Notes: a model not told the origin generated them from the sequence alone. A stretch of DNA of 33,970 nucleotides from Candidatus Zixiibacteriota bacterium (GCA_040235515.1 JBECKX010000015.1:1-33970); one strand, 5' to 3'; shown: positions 1 through 9,963, counted from the first letter of the stretch. Translations and numbers: made by a program.

Positions 1-1923
1 ATCGCCGTGGTTGCGCTGAGGCCAACAGAGTTCGACCCGGAAGCGGGGACGATCTATGGTTTCCAACAACTGCACGTGACCTTCGTCGGATCAGCCGACC
101 TTGAAGTGGAGCCAGTGACTGCGGATCAACTTGCGGCGCCGCTGATGAAGTCAGCCGCACCGGCAGGTGGTTTTGCCGAATATTTAATAATTGCCCCGGA
201 TCAGTTTCGTGCCGATCTCGAACCGTTGGCGCAATGGAAACGTCTGCAGGGCTACGACGTTCAGATCGTGCCGCTCGGTCCGATTTTCTGGCAGTATCCC
301 GGCAGCGATGCCCCTGAGCATCTGCGCAATTTCCTGATCGAGGCTTATAATGGCGGCACCCGTTATATTCTGCTCGCCGGCGATGAGACGGAGATTCCGA
401 TACGCTACACCTATTATGGAAACACCGACGAATACCCCGAACTCGATGTACAGATTCCGTCTGACTTGTACTACGCCGATCTGGATGGTGATTGGAACAG
501 TGATGGTGATGGGGTCTGGGGCGAACCATCCGACGACGATCCGGATATCACGCCGGAGCTGGCTGTCGGACGCCTGCCATTCTCGACTTCGCAACAGTTC
601 TCGAACTACATCGACAAGCTGATAGAGTACGAATCGAATCCGGGTAACGGTGATTATGAGTGGTTGAACCGATCGCTCTTCATTTCTGCAGACCAGATGC
701 GGGACTATCAGGATGTTGGCCAGCATACCCTCATCTCAGAGGTCCTGCCGAGCCGCGTCACGACGAATCTTTCGGGACTGGTTGAAGCCCCCTCCGGTGC
801 CGCGGAGAACCCTGAAGCTCCCTTTGCTACCGAGGCGCTTGACATCATGAGCCAGGGGTGGGGTTCGATGAGCCTGCTGATTCATGGCGCTCATGACGGC
901 TGGGTAATCCGTTCAAGCCAGTACAACGAATGGCCTAAGTCATTCCTCTTTACCAGCGAGGGTGTCGATGGCACCCACGGCTTCCTTCCGCACCTGACAC
1001 CGAACGGCAAGCCGGGCTTGATCTACACGATCGGCTGCAACAATGCCGCATTCGATATGGACAATGTGCCATTCGCTACCACCACCAAGAGCGTGGTGGA
1101 GTCATTTCTTGACATGCCCAACGGTGGCGCGGTCGCTCTGATCGGCTATACACGCTGGGGCTGGATTTCATCGAGTTGGAAGATCGAGAAGTCATTTTTC
1201 GAGAATCTCTACAGTGAACCGAACCGGAACCAGGCTAGCGCATACGATGCATATCGCGCCGCAAAGGCAGCCTACCCGTACTATCGGGACATGCAGTATG
1301 GCCTCAACTACTTCGGCGACCCGACCCTGAAGATCTGGACCGACGTCCCGACCGACCTCAATGTGTCATACGAACCATTCAGCGACACCGGAATGATCTC
1401 GCTTCACGTGCACACCCTCTCGGCGGGTGAACCAGCCGCAGGCGTTCAAATAGTGTTGCTTCACGATGACTCCACGCTGGTTTCGACCTTCAGCGACGGT
1501 GCGGGTAATGCGACCATCGATCTTGACTTCAATATCGAGGACAGCTTCAAGCTGGTGGCAGTGAGCGAGGGGCATATCATCGCTTCGACTCACCTCTCCC
1601 CCGACATCTCACTTGACGCGGATGACGATGAGAGCGCCTTGCCGCGCGAGTTTTCGCTGGGGCAAAACTTCCCGAACCCCTTCAATCCAACGACGACTAT
1701 CAGCTTCACGCTACCCGCCTCGGGCAAAGCGACATTGGTGGTTTACAATATCCTCGGGCAGGAAGTCACCACGCTCGCCGATGAGTGGCTGATTGCGGGG
1801 CGGCATGACATCGTGTGGGATAGCCGTGATCGCGCAGGTCGGGGCGTCGCGTCGGGCGTCTACTTTGCACGCTTGCTGCAGGGCGGCAACTCCAGCGTCA
1901 TCAAGATGACCCTGCTGAAGTAG
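1..1923 (+). CDS. C25 (gingipain-family) cysteine peptidase with C-terminal FlgD-Ig/T9SS-like sorting domain; 5'-truncated by window edge
   Basis: Frame is open from position 1. C25 motifs EYLIIAP, YILLAGD, SDLYYADLDGDW, PELAVGRLP, candidate catalytic His (IHG) and Cys (IGC), GGAVALIG, FGDPTL. C-terminal QNFPNPFNPTTTISF...VYNILGQ...WD...GVASGVYF. Confidence 0.9.
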   Translation: MAVVALRPTEFDPEAGTIYGFQQLHVTFVGSADLEVEPVTADQLAAPLMKSAAPAGGFAEYLIIAPDQFRADLEPLAQWKRLQGYDVQIVPLGPIFWQYPGSDAPEHLRNFLIEAYNGGTRYILLAGDETEIPIRYTYYGNTDEYPELDVQIPSDLYYADLDGDWNSDGDGVWGEPSDDDPDITPELAVGRLPFSTSQQFSNYIDKLIEYESNPGNGDYEWLNRSLFISADQMRDYQDVGQHTLISEVLPSRVTTNLSGLVEAPSGAAENPEAPFATEALDIMSQGWGSMSLLIHGAHDGWVIRSSQYNEWPKSFLFTSEGVDGTHGFLPHLTPNGKPGLIYTIGCNNAAFDMDNVPFATTTKSVVESFLDMPNGGAVALIGYTRWGWISSSWKIEKSFFENLYSEPNRNQASAYDAYRAAKAAYPYYRDMQYGLNYFGDPTLKIWTDVPTDLNVSYEPFSDTGMISLHVHTLSAGEPAAGVQIVLLHDDSTLVSTFSDGAGNATIDLDFNIEDSFKLVAVSEGHIIASTHLSPDISLDADDDESALPREFSLGQNFPNPFNPTTTISFTLPASGKATLVVYNILGQEVTTLADEWLIAGRHDIVWDSRDRAGRGVASGVYFARLLQGGNSSVIKMTLLK

Positions 1924-1941
1924 CCTCTGCCGTATCGGTCG

Positions 1942-2817
1942 TCAGAATTTCCGGCCACGCAGTTTTCTCCACATCACCCTCACCAGCGCACCAAACCACA
2001 GCATTACCCTCGCAACCGGTCGCAATACGACCATTGCGCCGCGCAGTTCATGTTTGTTCAGGTAGCGCGCAAATCCGCGATGCGATTCCCAGATCAGCCA
2101 GGTCCCCTCACCGCGCGTGGAGCCACCTATTCCATGTTCTGCCCTTGCGGTGGGAATGAACTTGATGAGCAATCCCGCATCATGAATTCGCTTGCAGTAG
2201 TCGACATCGGAAAAGAAGATGAAGAACTGATCGTCCCAGGTTCCGATCGCCGCAGCGACATCAGCACGGATCATCAGCGCGGAGGCCATCGGTTGGGCAA
2301 CTGCGGACTCTTCGGCGTGGCTGAAGCTGTTGTTGCGCCAGTGACCAAAGGTGGGGCTATTCGGTGCGAGACGAGCCAGCCCGGTTAGTTCGTACAGCAG
2401 CGTCGCGAAGCGCGGGAAATTACGTACACTCTTCTGAATCGAACCGTCGCGGTGCCGCAGTTGTGGCGCGGCTGCACCGACGTTATCCCCCAGGGCGCGA
2501 ACCAGATTCATCGTGCATTTGCTCTCAAGAATGATATCGGGGTTGAGCAGGAAGAGGTAGTCGCCTGTTGACTGTTTGATTCCCTGATTGATGGCTGCGG
2601 TATAGCCGCGGTTGGTATTGTTCTGAATGAAGTGCGATTCGGGCAAGATCGCCGCTACCACGTCTGCGCTGGAGCAATCGGGTGAATTGTCAACGACGAT
2701 CACTTCGTACTCGAATTGCAGCTCGTCGTCGCCGGTTGCCTGCGACTTGATGGACTCCAGTAGCGTACGCAGGAGCTCGCTCGACTTGTAGGCAACTATG
2801 ATGTAGGAAACCTTCAC
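1942..2817 (-). CDS. Glycosyltransferase family 2 (WbbL/rhamnosyltransferase-like)
   Basis: VSYIIVAY, VIVVDN, NRGYTAAINQG, LLNPD, WDDQFFIFFSDVD motifs; GTG start. Confidence 0.88.
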   Translation of the reverse strand: MKVSYIIVAYKSSELLRTLLESIKSQATGDDELQFEYEVIVVDNSPDCSSADVVAAILPESHFIQNNTNRGYTAAINQGIKQSTGDYLFLLNPDIILESKCTMNLVRALGDNVGAAAPQLRHRDGSIQKSVRNFPRFATLLYELTGLARLAPNSPTFGHWRNNSFSHAEESAVAQPMASALMIRADVAAAIGTWDDQFFIFFSDVDYCKRIHDAGLLIKFIPTARAEHGIGGSTRGEGTWLIWESHRGFARYLNKHELRGAMVVLRPVARVMLWFGALVRVMWRKLRGRKF

Positions 2818-2842
2818 GGTCGTGATTGGCCGATCGCGGGTG

Positions 2843-4132
2843 TTAGAGCAACTTCAGAAGCTGCGCTTCGAGTAGCTCGAATTGTCGCGGCCACTCGAAT
2901 TGTGATATGGCTTCAACCGGTTTCGCCCTGGGATCTGGCCTGGTCGAAAGCGACTCAGCGACTGCTGCGGAGAATTGTTCGTAGGTGTCGACGACGTGGA
3001 CCGCAGGCAGCTTCAAGTCTTCGAGCAGCCCTCGCGCAGCATTGCCCCTGGGCAGGATTGCGATGAGCGGTGGCTCGGCGCGAAGCAACTCGAACAACTT
3101 GGAAGGCACGACATAACTGAGATCAATCTCGTCGGTCAGCGCGATCAGGTTCGCCTGATGGCGACGAATCTCCAGCAAGCTCTGATCGTGTGGCAGATAA
3201 CCGGTGCTGCTGAAGCAATCACGCAGATCGAAGTTCGTTAGCAGTTGGTCAAGCTTCGGCAGGTCGGCGTAGCCGATGTGTCTGAGTTTCAGATTGGAGT
3301 CGTGCCCGCTGCGCCATTTGCTGAACCAGTCGAATAGCTTTTCAACGCCGATCAGGTGATTCAGTGTACCATAAAGCCCCAGGGAGGAGACACGCTTCGG
3401 CGGCTTTTCAGTGAAGTCATCCTCGGCATAGCCATTAAAAACAGTCAACGCGGATTTCGCGCCACTCTCCCTGAGCAGATCAGCGGTCTTTGGTGAAGTT
3501 GCGGTAACGATGTTCGCTTGTTTGGCAATATCTTTTCGGTACTTCTTCGCCTTGCGCTGGAAATCGGCCGATTGATCGGTTTCCGGTGCGGAACTCCAAA
3601 CATCCCTGAAGTCAGCGACCCACTTCAACTCCATTTCTTTCAGAACCTCAAGCCCCAGTTGATGAATCGAAACCGGTGGTGAAGTGGTGATCAGAATATT
3701 CGGCATATCCTCGCGCAGGACCTGACGCAGGGTCCGTCCGGCTGAGGGTACAAAACCGACTTTGGAGTCGGGGAACAAAGCCGCCGATACCACACTCCGG
3801 GCGGCATTCTTGAGTTGCCTCACTTTCGGCAACACCGCCACGAACTTGGCGATGCGGGCAGGATCTGCAGACCCGGAACGGACAACGCTCACCTTGCTGT
3901 GAAGCTTCTTGAGCTGCGACTCATCATACACGGGGTAGTCGATCGATCTCACGGTGAGCACGGTGACAACATGGCCACGCTCGGCGAAGTAGTTTGCCAG
4001 TTGTAGCGGCCTTGAAGTACCAGCCAACCCCAGTGGCGGGAAGTAGTACGCCGCGACTATGATATGGCAGCGAGGCATCCTGGGCACCGGCGTTTCGGTC
4101 TGCGTCTGCTTCTTCTTAGCGGGCAAACTCAT
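2843..4132 (-). CDS. Glycosyltransferase family 4 (GT-B fold)
   Basis: AYYFPP, TSPP, ADFRDVW, NGY, PSKLFE motifs; start overlaps the upstream GT stop. Confidence 0.85.
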   Translation of the reverse strand: MSLPAKKKQTQTETPVPRMPRCHIIVAAYYFPPLGLAGTSRPLQLANYFAERGHVVTVLTVRSIDYPVYDESQLKKLHSKVSVVRSGSADPARIAKFVAVLPKVRQLKNAARSVVSAALFPDSKVGFVPSAGRTLRQVLREDMPNILITTSPPVSIHQLGLEVLKEMELKWVADFRDVWSSAPETDQSADFQRKAKKYRKDIAKQANIVTATSPKTADLLRESGAKSALTVFNGYAEDDFTEKPPKRVSSLGLYGTLNHLIGVEKLFDWFSKWRSGHDSNLKLRHIGYADLPKLDQLLTNFDLRDCFSSTGYLPHDQSLLEIRRHQANLIALTDEIDLSYVVPSKLFELLRAEPPLIAILPRGNAARGLLEDLKLPAVHVVDTYEQFSAAVAESLSTRPDPRAKPVEAISQFEWPRQFELLEAQLLKLL

Positions 4133-5174
4133 CCACCAGTCGTCTGAATGTCAAATCAGCGATCTTCATTTGGTCTTCACGAACGCCTTTCTGCAACAAT
4201 GTTTTCCAGTATGATTGCCACGCCTGCCTTCGAACATCGAGGTCAACGGCTGCCATTATCCGCGCAGCCAGCGCTTCTGCATCTCCAACGCCGAAGAAGA
4301 ATGCGTCGCTGCTCAACCACTCACGGTTGGAGGGCAGATCAGTCACGATCGGATAGAGCCGTTGCGACATCGCTTCAAGCAGTGATACCGACGTTGAATC
4401 TGATCCAGCCGTGGAAACATACACATCACTATTACGATACGCAGTGAAAAGTTTTTCCTGCGAGAGTCTGCCGGTAAACGTCACCTGTTCCGCCAAGTTC
4501 AGTTTTTGCGTGAGAGCTTGCAGGGCGGTCAAACGCGAACCCTCGCCGACAATCGTCACCTGAAACCTGACTCCCTTATCCTTCAGTATCTTAGCCGCAT
4601 TTATCAGAGTCGACACATCGTATAAGGGCTCAAGTTGGCGGCAACTCATGATCCGGAGTGTTTGGTCCGCCTCAAACTGCCTGGCTTCACCGCTCTCTAC
4701 CCATGCGCGTTTCACGCCGAAGGGAACCATCAACCGACGCTTGACGAACCCGAGCTGTTCCGCTTCCCGCAGGAGGAATTCAGCATCCCCCACAACCAGG
4801 TCACTTCGCCCAAGCACGAATCTGGAGCGAAGCCTGCGCAGCCGGCCTTTGCGGCCAGACACCAGGACATCAGAGCCCCACAGGGTCAGAATCAGGGGAT
4901 GGAGGTTTGCCATCGCCGCCGCGAAACCATAGGTTGGAAGGAAATGGGCATTGATTACCTGCGGCTGAACTTCGTCGACAAGTTGTTTGATCGGCTCGAC
5001 CAGTTGTAAGTAACGCAGTGGTCCGCCGGCTGAGGAGGGGTAAAGTTTGTGACCTTTGAAATCATCGCGGTAATCGGCGGAGGCGAGGACGATTTCCCAG
5101 CCCAGCTCGGTAAGCTCATCTGCCCAGCGCTGCAGGTGGGGCGAGATTGCCTCGCCCAGCATCAGCATCCGCAT
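4116..5174 (-). CDS. Glycosyltransferase family 4
   Basis: NAHF, WGSD, IVGEG, FTG, DVYVS...SDSTSVSLLEAM motifs; TGATG coupling to the GNAT gene. Confidence 0.88.
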   Translation of the reverse strand: MRMLMLGEAISPHLQRWADELTELGWEIVLASADYRDDFKGHKLYPSSAGGPLRYLQLVEPIKQLVDEVQPQVINAHFLPTYGFAAAMANLHPLILTLWGSDVLVSGRKGRLRRLRSRFVLGRSDLVVGDAEFLLREAEQLGFVKRRLMVPFGVKRAWVESGEARQFEADQTLRIMSCRQLEPLYDVSTLINAAKILKDKGVRFQVTIVGEGSRLTALQALTQKLNLAEQVTFTGRLSQEKLFTAYRNSDVYVSTAGSDSTSVSLLEAMSQRLYPIVTDLPSNREWLSSDAFFFGVGDAEALAARIMAAVDLDVRRQAWQSYWKTLLQKGVREDQMKIADLTFRRLVDEFAR

Positions 5175-6109
5175 CAGCGCCGCACCATAAAATCAATCCC
5201 CTGCTTGAGGAGTGATCGTCGCGAGAATTCATGATAGGTGTGCTTGGTCGCACCCCACCCCGACTTGAATCGATCCAGTCCGGCATCCCCTACCGGTGTC
5301 GCGCCGAAGTTGAGTCGCAGTTGACCCTCTTCGCGGTTCCGCATGATAACGTGATCGAAGATCGCAAAATTCGCACCGAGCTCTTTGCCCTTGTTGGAAG
5401 CTACACCATCGAAATAGAATATATCCTCGGCGTTGCGAAAGTAAAGGTGTACCGCGCAGAGTTCCTCCTGCAACGCTGCGCCAAGCGCGATTACATCTCC
5501 AGGCGCCTTGCAGCCGTGCAGAAACAACTCTGAATAGAAATCCTCGGGCAGCCTGCGCCGTTCCTGTGTACGGGAGACCTGCTGCCGCAACAAGCTCAGG
5601 AACTGCGGCAGGTCGCGTTCATGGCAACGTGCGATTTTGAAGCCGGCATCATTGGCAGCGCGGATGTTTCTTCGCGTGTTGTCATTGAGATCAGGCGATG
5701 CCTGCAGATCGAGTATGTGCGTCGAGAGCGCTTTCTGTGTGTAGCGGTCGGGGTAGCGTGGACCATAACCACCCTCCGGCACGAGCTGGACTATGTTTTC
5801 CTGCAGGAAAGATCGCTGTTCAAGCCAGGCAAAAATCTGGTCACCTTTCGGGGCATTATCTGCACTGCATACCACACCGCCGTACCAACCAAATGGCAGC
5901 GAGTAGAAGATATTGCCGAGGGAAGTCTTCTTGATAAAACCGATGAGACAGGTATCGCCGGCAGTCAGCACGACATCCTCCCATTGGTAAAGTCGCTTCC
6001 AGATGTTAAGCAGAAATTCGGTGTAAAAGACACCGACGATGGGGAGTCGATTGAGTGACTCAATCCGATCGGGAGCGAGTTGGTCTATTTTCCTCAGATC
6101 AACACTCAT
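5174..6109 (-). CDS. GNAT-family FemAB/BcsL-like acyl/aminoacyl transferase
   Basis: SLPFGWYGG, THILDL, RRNIRAA, LNFG, GLDRFKSGWGA are typical of FemAB-related proteins in polysaccharide loci. Confidence 0.8.
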   Translation of the reverse strand: MSVDLRKIDQLAPDRIESLNRLPIVGVFYTEFLLNIWKRLYQWEDVVLTAGDTCLIGFIKKTSLGNIFYSLPFGWYGGVVCSADNAPKGDQIFAWLEQRSFLQENIVQLVPEGGYGPRYPDRYTQKALSTHILDLQASPDLNDNTRRNIRAANDAGFKIARCHERDLPQFLSLLRQQVSRTQERRRLPEDFYSELFLHGCKAPGDVIALGAALQEELCAVHLYFRNAEDIFYFDGVASNKGKELGANFAIFDHVIMRNREEGQLRLNFGATPVGDAGLDRFKSGWGATKHTYHEFSRRSLLKQGIDFMVRR

Positions 6110-6173
6110 GCGGATGCGCGGAGTACCACCTTCTATTCGAAAAACTCAAAAACGCGGTTTTGCAGCAACACGA

Positions 6174-8405
6174 TTAGCGCCGAACTACGAACACTTTGTT
6201 CGTGTAGCGGGACCCATCCTCCGCGAGAATGTGGAAGATGTAGACTCCCGAAGCAACCAGTTCACCGCTCTGATTGCGACCATCCCACCCGGCGTTCACC
6301 GTGGTCGTGTTCACCAGATCGCCGGCGACAGTGAAGATGCGGACTTCTCCACGCTGGTCGAGATTGAAGGAGAGCCTGTTGTTGTCGCCGAGTCGTATCT
6401 GGAATGGATTGGGGTAGCCATAAATCCCGGCTGACTCGTTATCCCCGCCCACTTCCAGGTCGAGTACCGACAACCCACCCGGTGTGAAAATCACGAGCTG
6501 ATTCGAGTTGTCGTCGTAGGCGAGGGCTTCAATCTTGTCATTGATCAAATCGGAGTTCTGGGTGGTGAACGCTCGTGGTTCGCCTCCCGAGGATGGCACA
6601 ACCGCGAGTCCCGAACTGGTCCCCACCCAGAGATTGTTGCGGCTGTCGGCCGCCAGCGCACTGACCAGCGATGATACTCCGTCCGGGAGCGCCTGCGGGA
6701 AGTAAAGCTCGATGTCTGAGTCAAAATATGCGAGCCCCTGACTCGTCCCGACCCAGAGAAGATCATCACGGTCGTAGGTGAGGGCTGTGACCACATTCGT
6801 CGGCAATCTGCGCAGCCTGCCGAAATAGGCGAACCTGTCATCACTTTGATTGAATGGATCGCTGCCGTAGCGCAGGAAGCCAACGCCCTGGTCGTCGATC
6901 CCGATCGCGGCCGAGTTTGCGCCTGCTGCAATCACCTGGTTGTTGCCGGAGATCAGGCCGATTGTGGCATCCCAGTATGTCCAGGCCGAATCGGACGGGT
7001 CGAACATCACCATGGGACGAAATGGTGATGCCTGGAAGAGAGAGAGCCAGATGTGGCCCTGCATGTCCTCATAGATGCTATTCACGATCGCGACAGTGGG
7101 GTCTTGCGCGATTCCCAGGAGAGGTGAGTTATTGTAGCTGAATTGTTCAACATCCCCGTCAGGCTTGATCCGGAACGCACCGGCGCCAAAAGTGCCAACC
7201 CAGAGATCGTCATTGTTGGCCACCATCGCACAAAGCTTCTCGCGACTGGTCAGAGTCGTGTGCTGCCAGCTGCCGTTGCGGCGCACCGACAGGTCGTTGA
7301 AGCGGCTGACCGCATAAAGGTCACCGGTTGAGGTCAATCCTCCGCCGACCAGATCATTGCTGGCAGGTCCATCAACCATGATTTCGTTCGCGCTGTCATC
7401 ATCCACCTGAAAGGCCCCGTAGCCATCAGTGCCGAAAAACGGAGTCTCGCCCCATGCAACCTGTTTGAGAGTCGCGGCGATAGATATGGATGTTTCGATA
7501 TTCAGCGGACCGGACGTATAACTCCAGATCCACGCCCCATTTCCCGCCTTCGCAACAATGAAAAGGTCGTGCGGGGCGGCATACAAATCAAGTATCCCCT
7601 GCGCGTCTTGAAGCTCCTGCAACTCGAATGTGTTGTCTTCCAGCATCAGGTAGAGCCCGGCATCGGTACCGACGAAGAGCTGGCCGGCGTACACTTCCAG
7701 CGAAGTAACATTTTCTGCGTTCAGGCCCGCGGAATTGAAGGGGATGTTCTCCCATTCATTCGGATCGAGGAGAAACTGGTTTTGATGATCGGCGTAGGCC
7801 AGGCCTGCATTGGTCGCAGCAAAAATCTTGTTATCGTAGATCGCGATGGATGTGACTTCGGACTCAGACTGGAATGAACCGAGAGTCCGATAGGTCTCCC
7901 TCACTTCGCCACCGAAGCGGAAGCGATCGAACTTGATGACCCCCACGCTGCTCGCAATCCAGAGGAATGAGCCCGAGGTATCTGCCGCATTCAGCGAGAG
8001 AGTCGTTCCTTCCCGCGCCTGGAGCTGCCAGGTGTTGAAGCCGGAGGAATTGTGGCGAATCAGTACACCGTCATTCGACCCGAAGTAAATGTCGCCGTCC
8101 CCGGCGGGGGTCACGAAATCGATCTGATTGCTCTGGATGCCGTCGGTGTTGATATAGCCCCTGACACTGCCCGAGGCGGTATTGTACTCGACGATGCCGC
8201 CGCTGGTCGTGACCCACAGCAGTGGCTCGACATACGCCATATCGGTGACGTGATCCTTATTAGTGAAGTTCGTGAAATTATATGGCTGCGCTGACAGACC
8301 CGCCCACAACAGGAAAGCCAGAAGCATTGAGAGGTATAGTACGAGTCGTATTGCGCTAAGATGTTCTGCGTCAAGATGTGTTGCGCTAAGTCGTTTCGCC
8401 ATCAT
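6174..8405 (-). CDS. PorZ-like beta-propeller protein with C-terminal FlgD-Ig/T9SS-like domain
   Basis: Signal peptide (LLAFLLWAGLSA|Q), repeated LWVGTxxGL propeller blades, C-terminal YPNPF...IFTVAGDLV...WDGRNQSGELVASGVYIF. Exact start uncertain. Confidence 0.75.
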   Translation of the reverse strand: MMAKRLSATHLDAEHLSAIRLVLYLSMLLAFLLWAGLSAQPYNFTNFTNKDHVTDMAYVEPLLWVTTSGGIVEYNTASGSVRGYINTDGIQSNQIDFVTPAGDGDIYFGSNDGVLIRHNSSGFNTWQLQAREGTTLSLNAADTSGSFLWIASSVGVIKFDRFRFGGEVRETYRTLGSFQSESEVTSIAIYDNKIFAATNAGLAYADHQNQFLLDPNEWENIPFNSAGLNAENVTSLEVYAGQLFVGTDAGLYLMLEDNTFELQELQDAQGILDLYAAPHDLFIVAKAGNGAWIWSYTSGPLNIETSISIAATLKQVAWGETPFFGTDGYGAFQVDDDSANEIMVDGPASNDLVGGGLTSTGDLYAVSRFNDLSVRRNGSWQHTTLTSREKLCAMVANNDDLWVGTFGAGAFRIKPDGDVEQFSYNNSPLLGIAQDPTVAIVNSIYEDMQGHIWLSLFQASPFRPMVMFDPSDSAWTYWDATIGLISGNNQVIAAGANSAAIGIDDQGVGFLRYGSDPFNQSDDRFAYFGRLRRLPTNVVTALTYDRDDLLWVGTSQGLAYFDSDIELYFPQALPDGVSSLVSALAADSRNNLWVGTSSGLAVVPSSGGEPRAFTTQNSDLINDKIEALAYDDNSNQLVIFTPGGLSVLDLEVGGDNESAGIYGYPNPFQIRLGDNNRLSFNLDQRGEVRIFTVAGDLVNTTTVNAGWDGRNQSGELVASGVYIFHILAEDGSRYTNKVFVVRR
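8351..8395. repeat. Degenerate 3 x 15 bp tandem repeat at the lnt / PorZ-like junction
   Basis: ttgcgctaagatgtt | ctgcgtcaagatgtg | ttgcgctaagtcgtt. Confidence 0.75.
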
Positions 8406-9963
8406 TCCCGTTTCTGCTCCGCTGAATCAGAAGCAGTATAACTGCAAGTAGTGAAATCGCCACACAAAACTGACCGAGCAATGGTCCATGTTTTTCGTAA
8501 AGCGTCGCTCCCAGCTTGTGGCCGATCGAGGCGACCACATAAGTGCGATCTCCGAGTTTGGTAGGTGTGATCATCCTGCCGAAGGGATCATAAACCAGAC
8601 TGATGCCGGTGTTGGCGGCTCGGATTATCCACATCCTGTTCTCCACTGCGCGGAATACCGGGATTGCAGCGTGTTGATAGGGACCGGCCGTGTGACCGAA
8701 CCAGTCATCATTGGTGATGACTGTCATGAAGTCGGCTCCCATGTTGACCATTCTTCGCACGTACTCGGGATAGGCAACCTCAAAACAGATCAACGGCACA
8801 AACGCACGTCCATGCGCCTTCCAGAGGAAGTCATTTTCACCCGGCTCAAAGTCTGAGATGTCGAGGGCCAGGTTGTTCTTTACGAAGTCCCTGAACGCCT
8901 TGATCCACCCGACAGATTCGGCGTACGGCATGTGCTCACCAAATGTGACGAGATGATGCTTGTGGTAAACCTCCGGCATGCGACCTCGCTCGGGAGTAAA
9001 AAAGAAGGCTGAATTGTAAAAGTGCCTGACGCCACTGCTGTCGCGATTGAGATCGAGCGACCCGGTCAGAATATCTACGTTATTACGACGAGAGATCTCA
9101 GCGATCCATTTAACGTAGGGCGGTTGATAGGTCAGGTACATCGGTGCTGCGGTTTCGGGCCAGACGACGAACTGCACCGAATCCGCCGCGGCGCGGTCGG
9201 TGAGGTCCTCATAAATCTTGAAGTTGTGATCCGCGCTGCCCTGGCGCCATTTTTCGGCGACCGGAATGTTGCCCTGCAGGGCGGCAACCCTGAAATCTGG
9301 TTCGAGTCTCTCGAATCGTGTAGCTCCCCAGAAGTATGCGCCTGTATACAAAATCAGTACAAGTCCGAACATGAGGGATGCTTTGCCGACCGATCGAACG
9401 GAGCGATAAGCAAAGTAAAGCAGCAACCCCATTACCAGGATGAAGAACGACACCGTCGCGTCGCCGCTCAACTCCGAGAGTTGCACGATCGCCAGGTTGG
9501 ATGCCTGCGTGTAGGATAGGTTCTGCCACGGGAATGAAATCTGCGTGAGTGACCTGGAGTACTCGACGGCAACCCAGAGAAACGGCATGATCAGAAACCC
9601 CGCCCTGCCGTAGCGTCGAGTCGCACTGCTCACCACTCCAGCAATCAGCGCATAGTAAAACGAGTGAACCAGTATCAGCAGGAACACTCCCACGATCGTG
9701 ACATACGAAACCCAATACAGCGTCAGGAAGGCTGTCACCAAACCGAAGAAATAGCCGGCCCTGAAACCCTCCTTAAAGGTCAACCCGCGAATCGCCGCCG
9801 CAAACACCGGCACGAAGAAATAGACTAGAAACCAGAGTGGGGAGGGTTCATACGACAGGCTGAAGAAGAGCGCCGCTATCAGGATCAGCCAGACTCTCTG
9901 CGGTAGGCGGAGCAGTTGGCGATACCAGGGGAGTGATTGATTCAATGTCTGGCCTTTCGGCAT
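8386..9963 (-). CDS. lnt: Apolipoprotein N-acyltransferase
   Basis: Multiple TM helices, FPW, QGNI, nitrilase triad WPE / YHKHHLVTFGE / ICFE, ITNDDWFG, FRAVEN, RAANTGIS. Confidence 0.95.
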   Translation of the reverse strand: MPKGQTLNQSLPWYRQLLRLPQRVWLILIAALFFSLSYEPSPLWFLVYFFVPVFAAAIRGLTFKEGFRAGYFFGLVTAFLTLYWVSYVTIVGVFLLILVHSFYYALIAGVVSSATRRYGRAGFLIMPFLWVAVEYSRSLTQISFPWQNLSYTQASNLAIVQLSELSGDATVSFFILVMGLLLYFAYRSVRSVGKASLMFGLVLILYTGAYFWGATRFERLEPDFRVAALQGNIPVAEKWRQGSADHNFKIYEDLTDRAAADSVQFVVWPETAAPMYLTYQPPYVKWIAEISRRNNVDILTGSLDLNRDSSGVRHFYNSAFFFTPERGRMPEVYHKHHLVTFGEHMPYAESVGWIKAFRDFVKNNLALDISDFEPGENDFLWKAHGRAFVPLICFEVAYPEYVRRMVNMGADFMTVITNDDWFGHTAGPYQHAAIPVFRAVENRMWIIRAANTGISLVYDPFGRMITPTKLGDRTYVVASIGHKLGATLYEKHGPLLGQFCVAISLLAVILLLIQRSRNGNDGETT

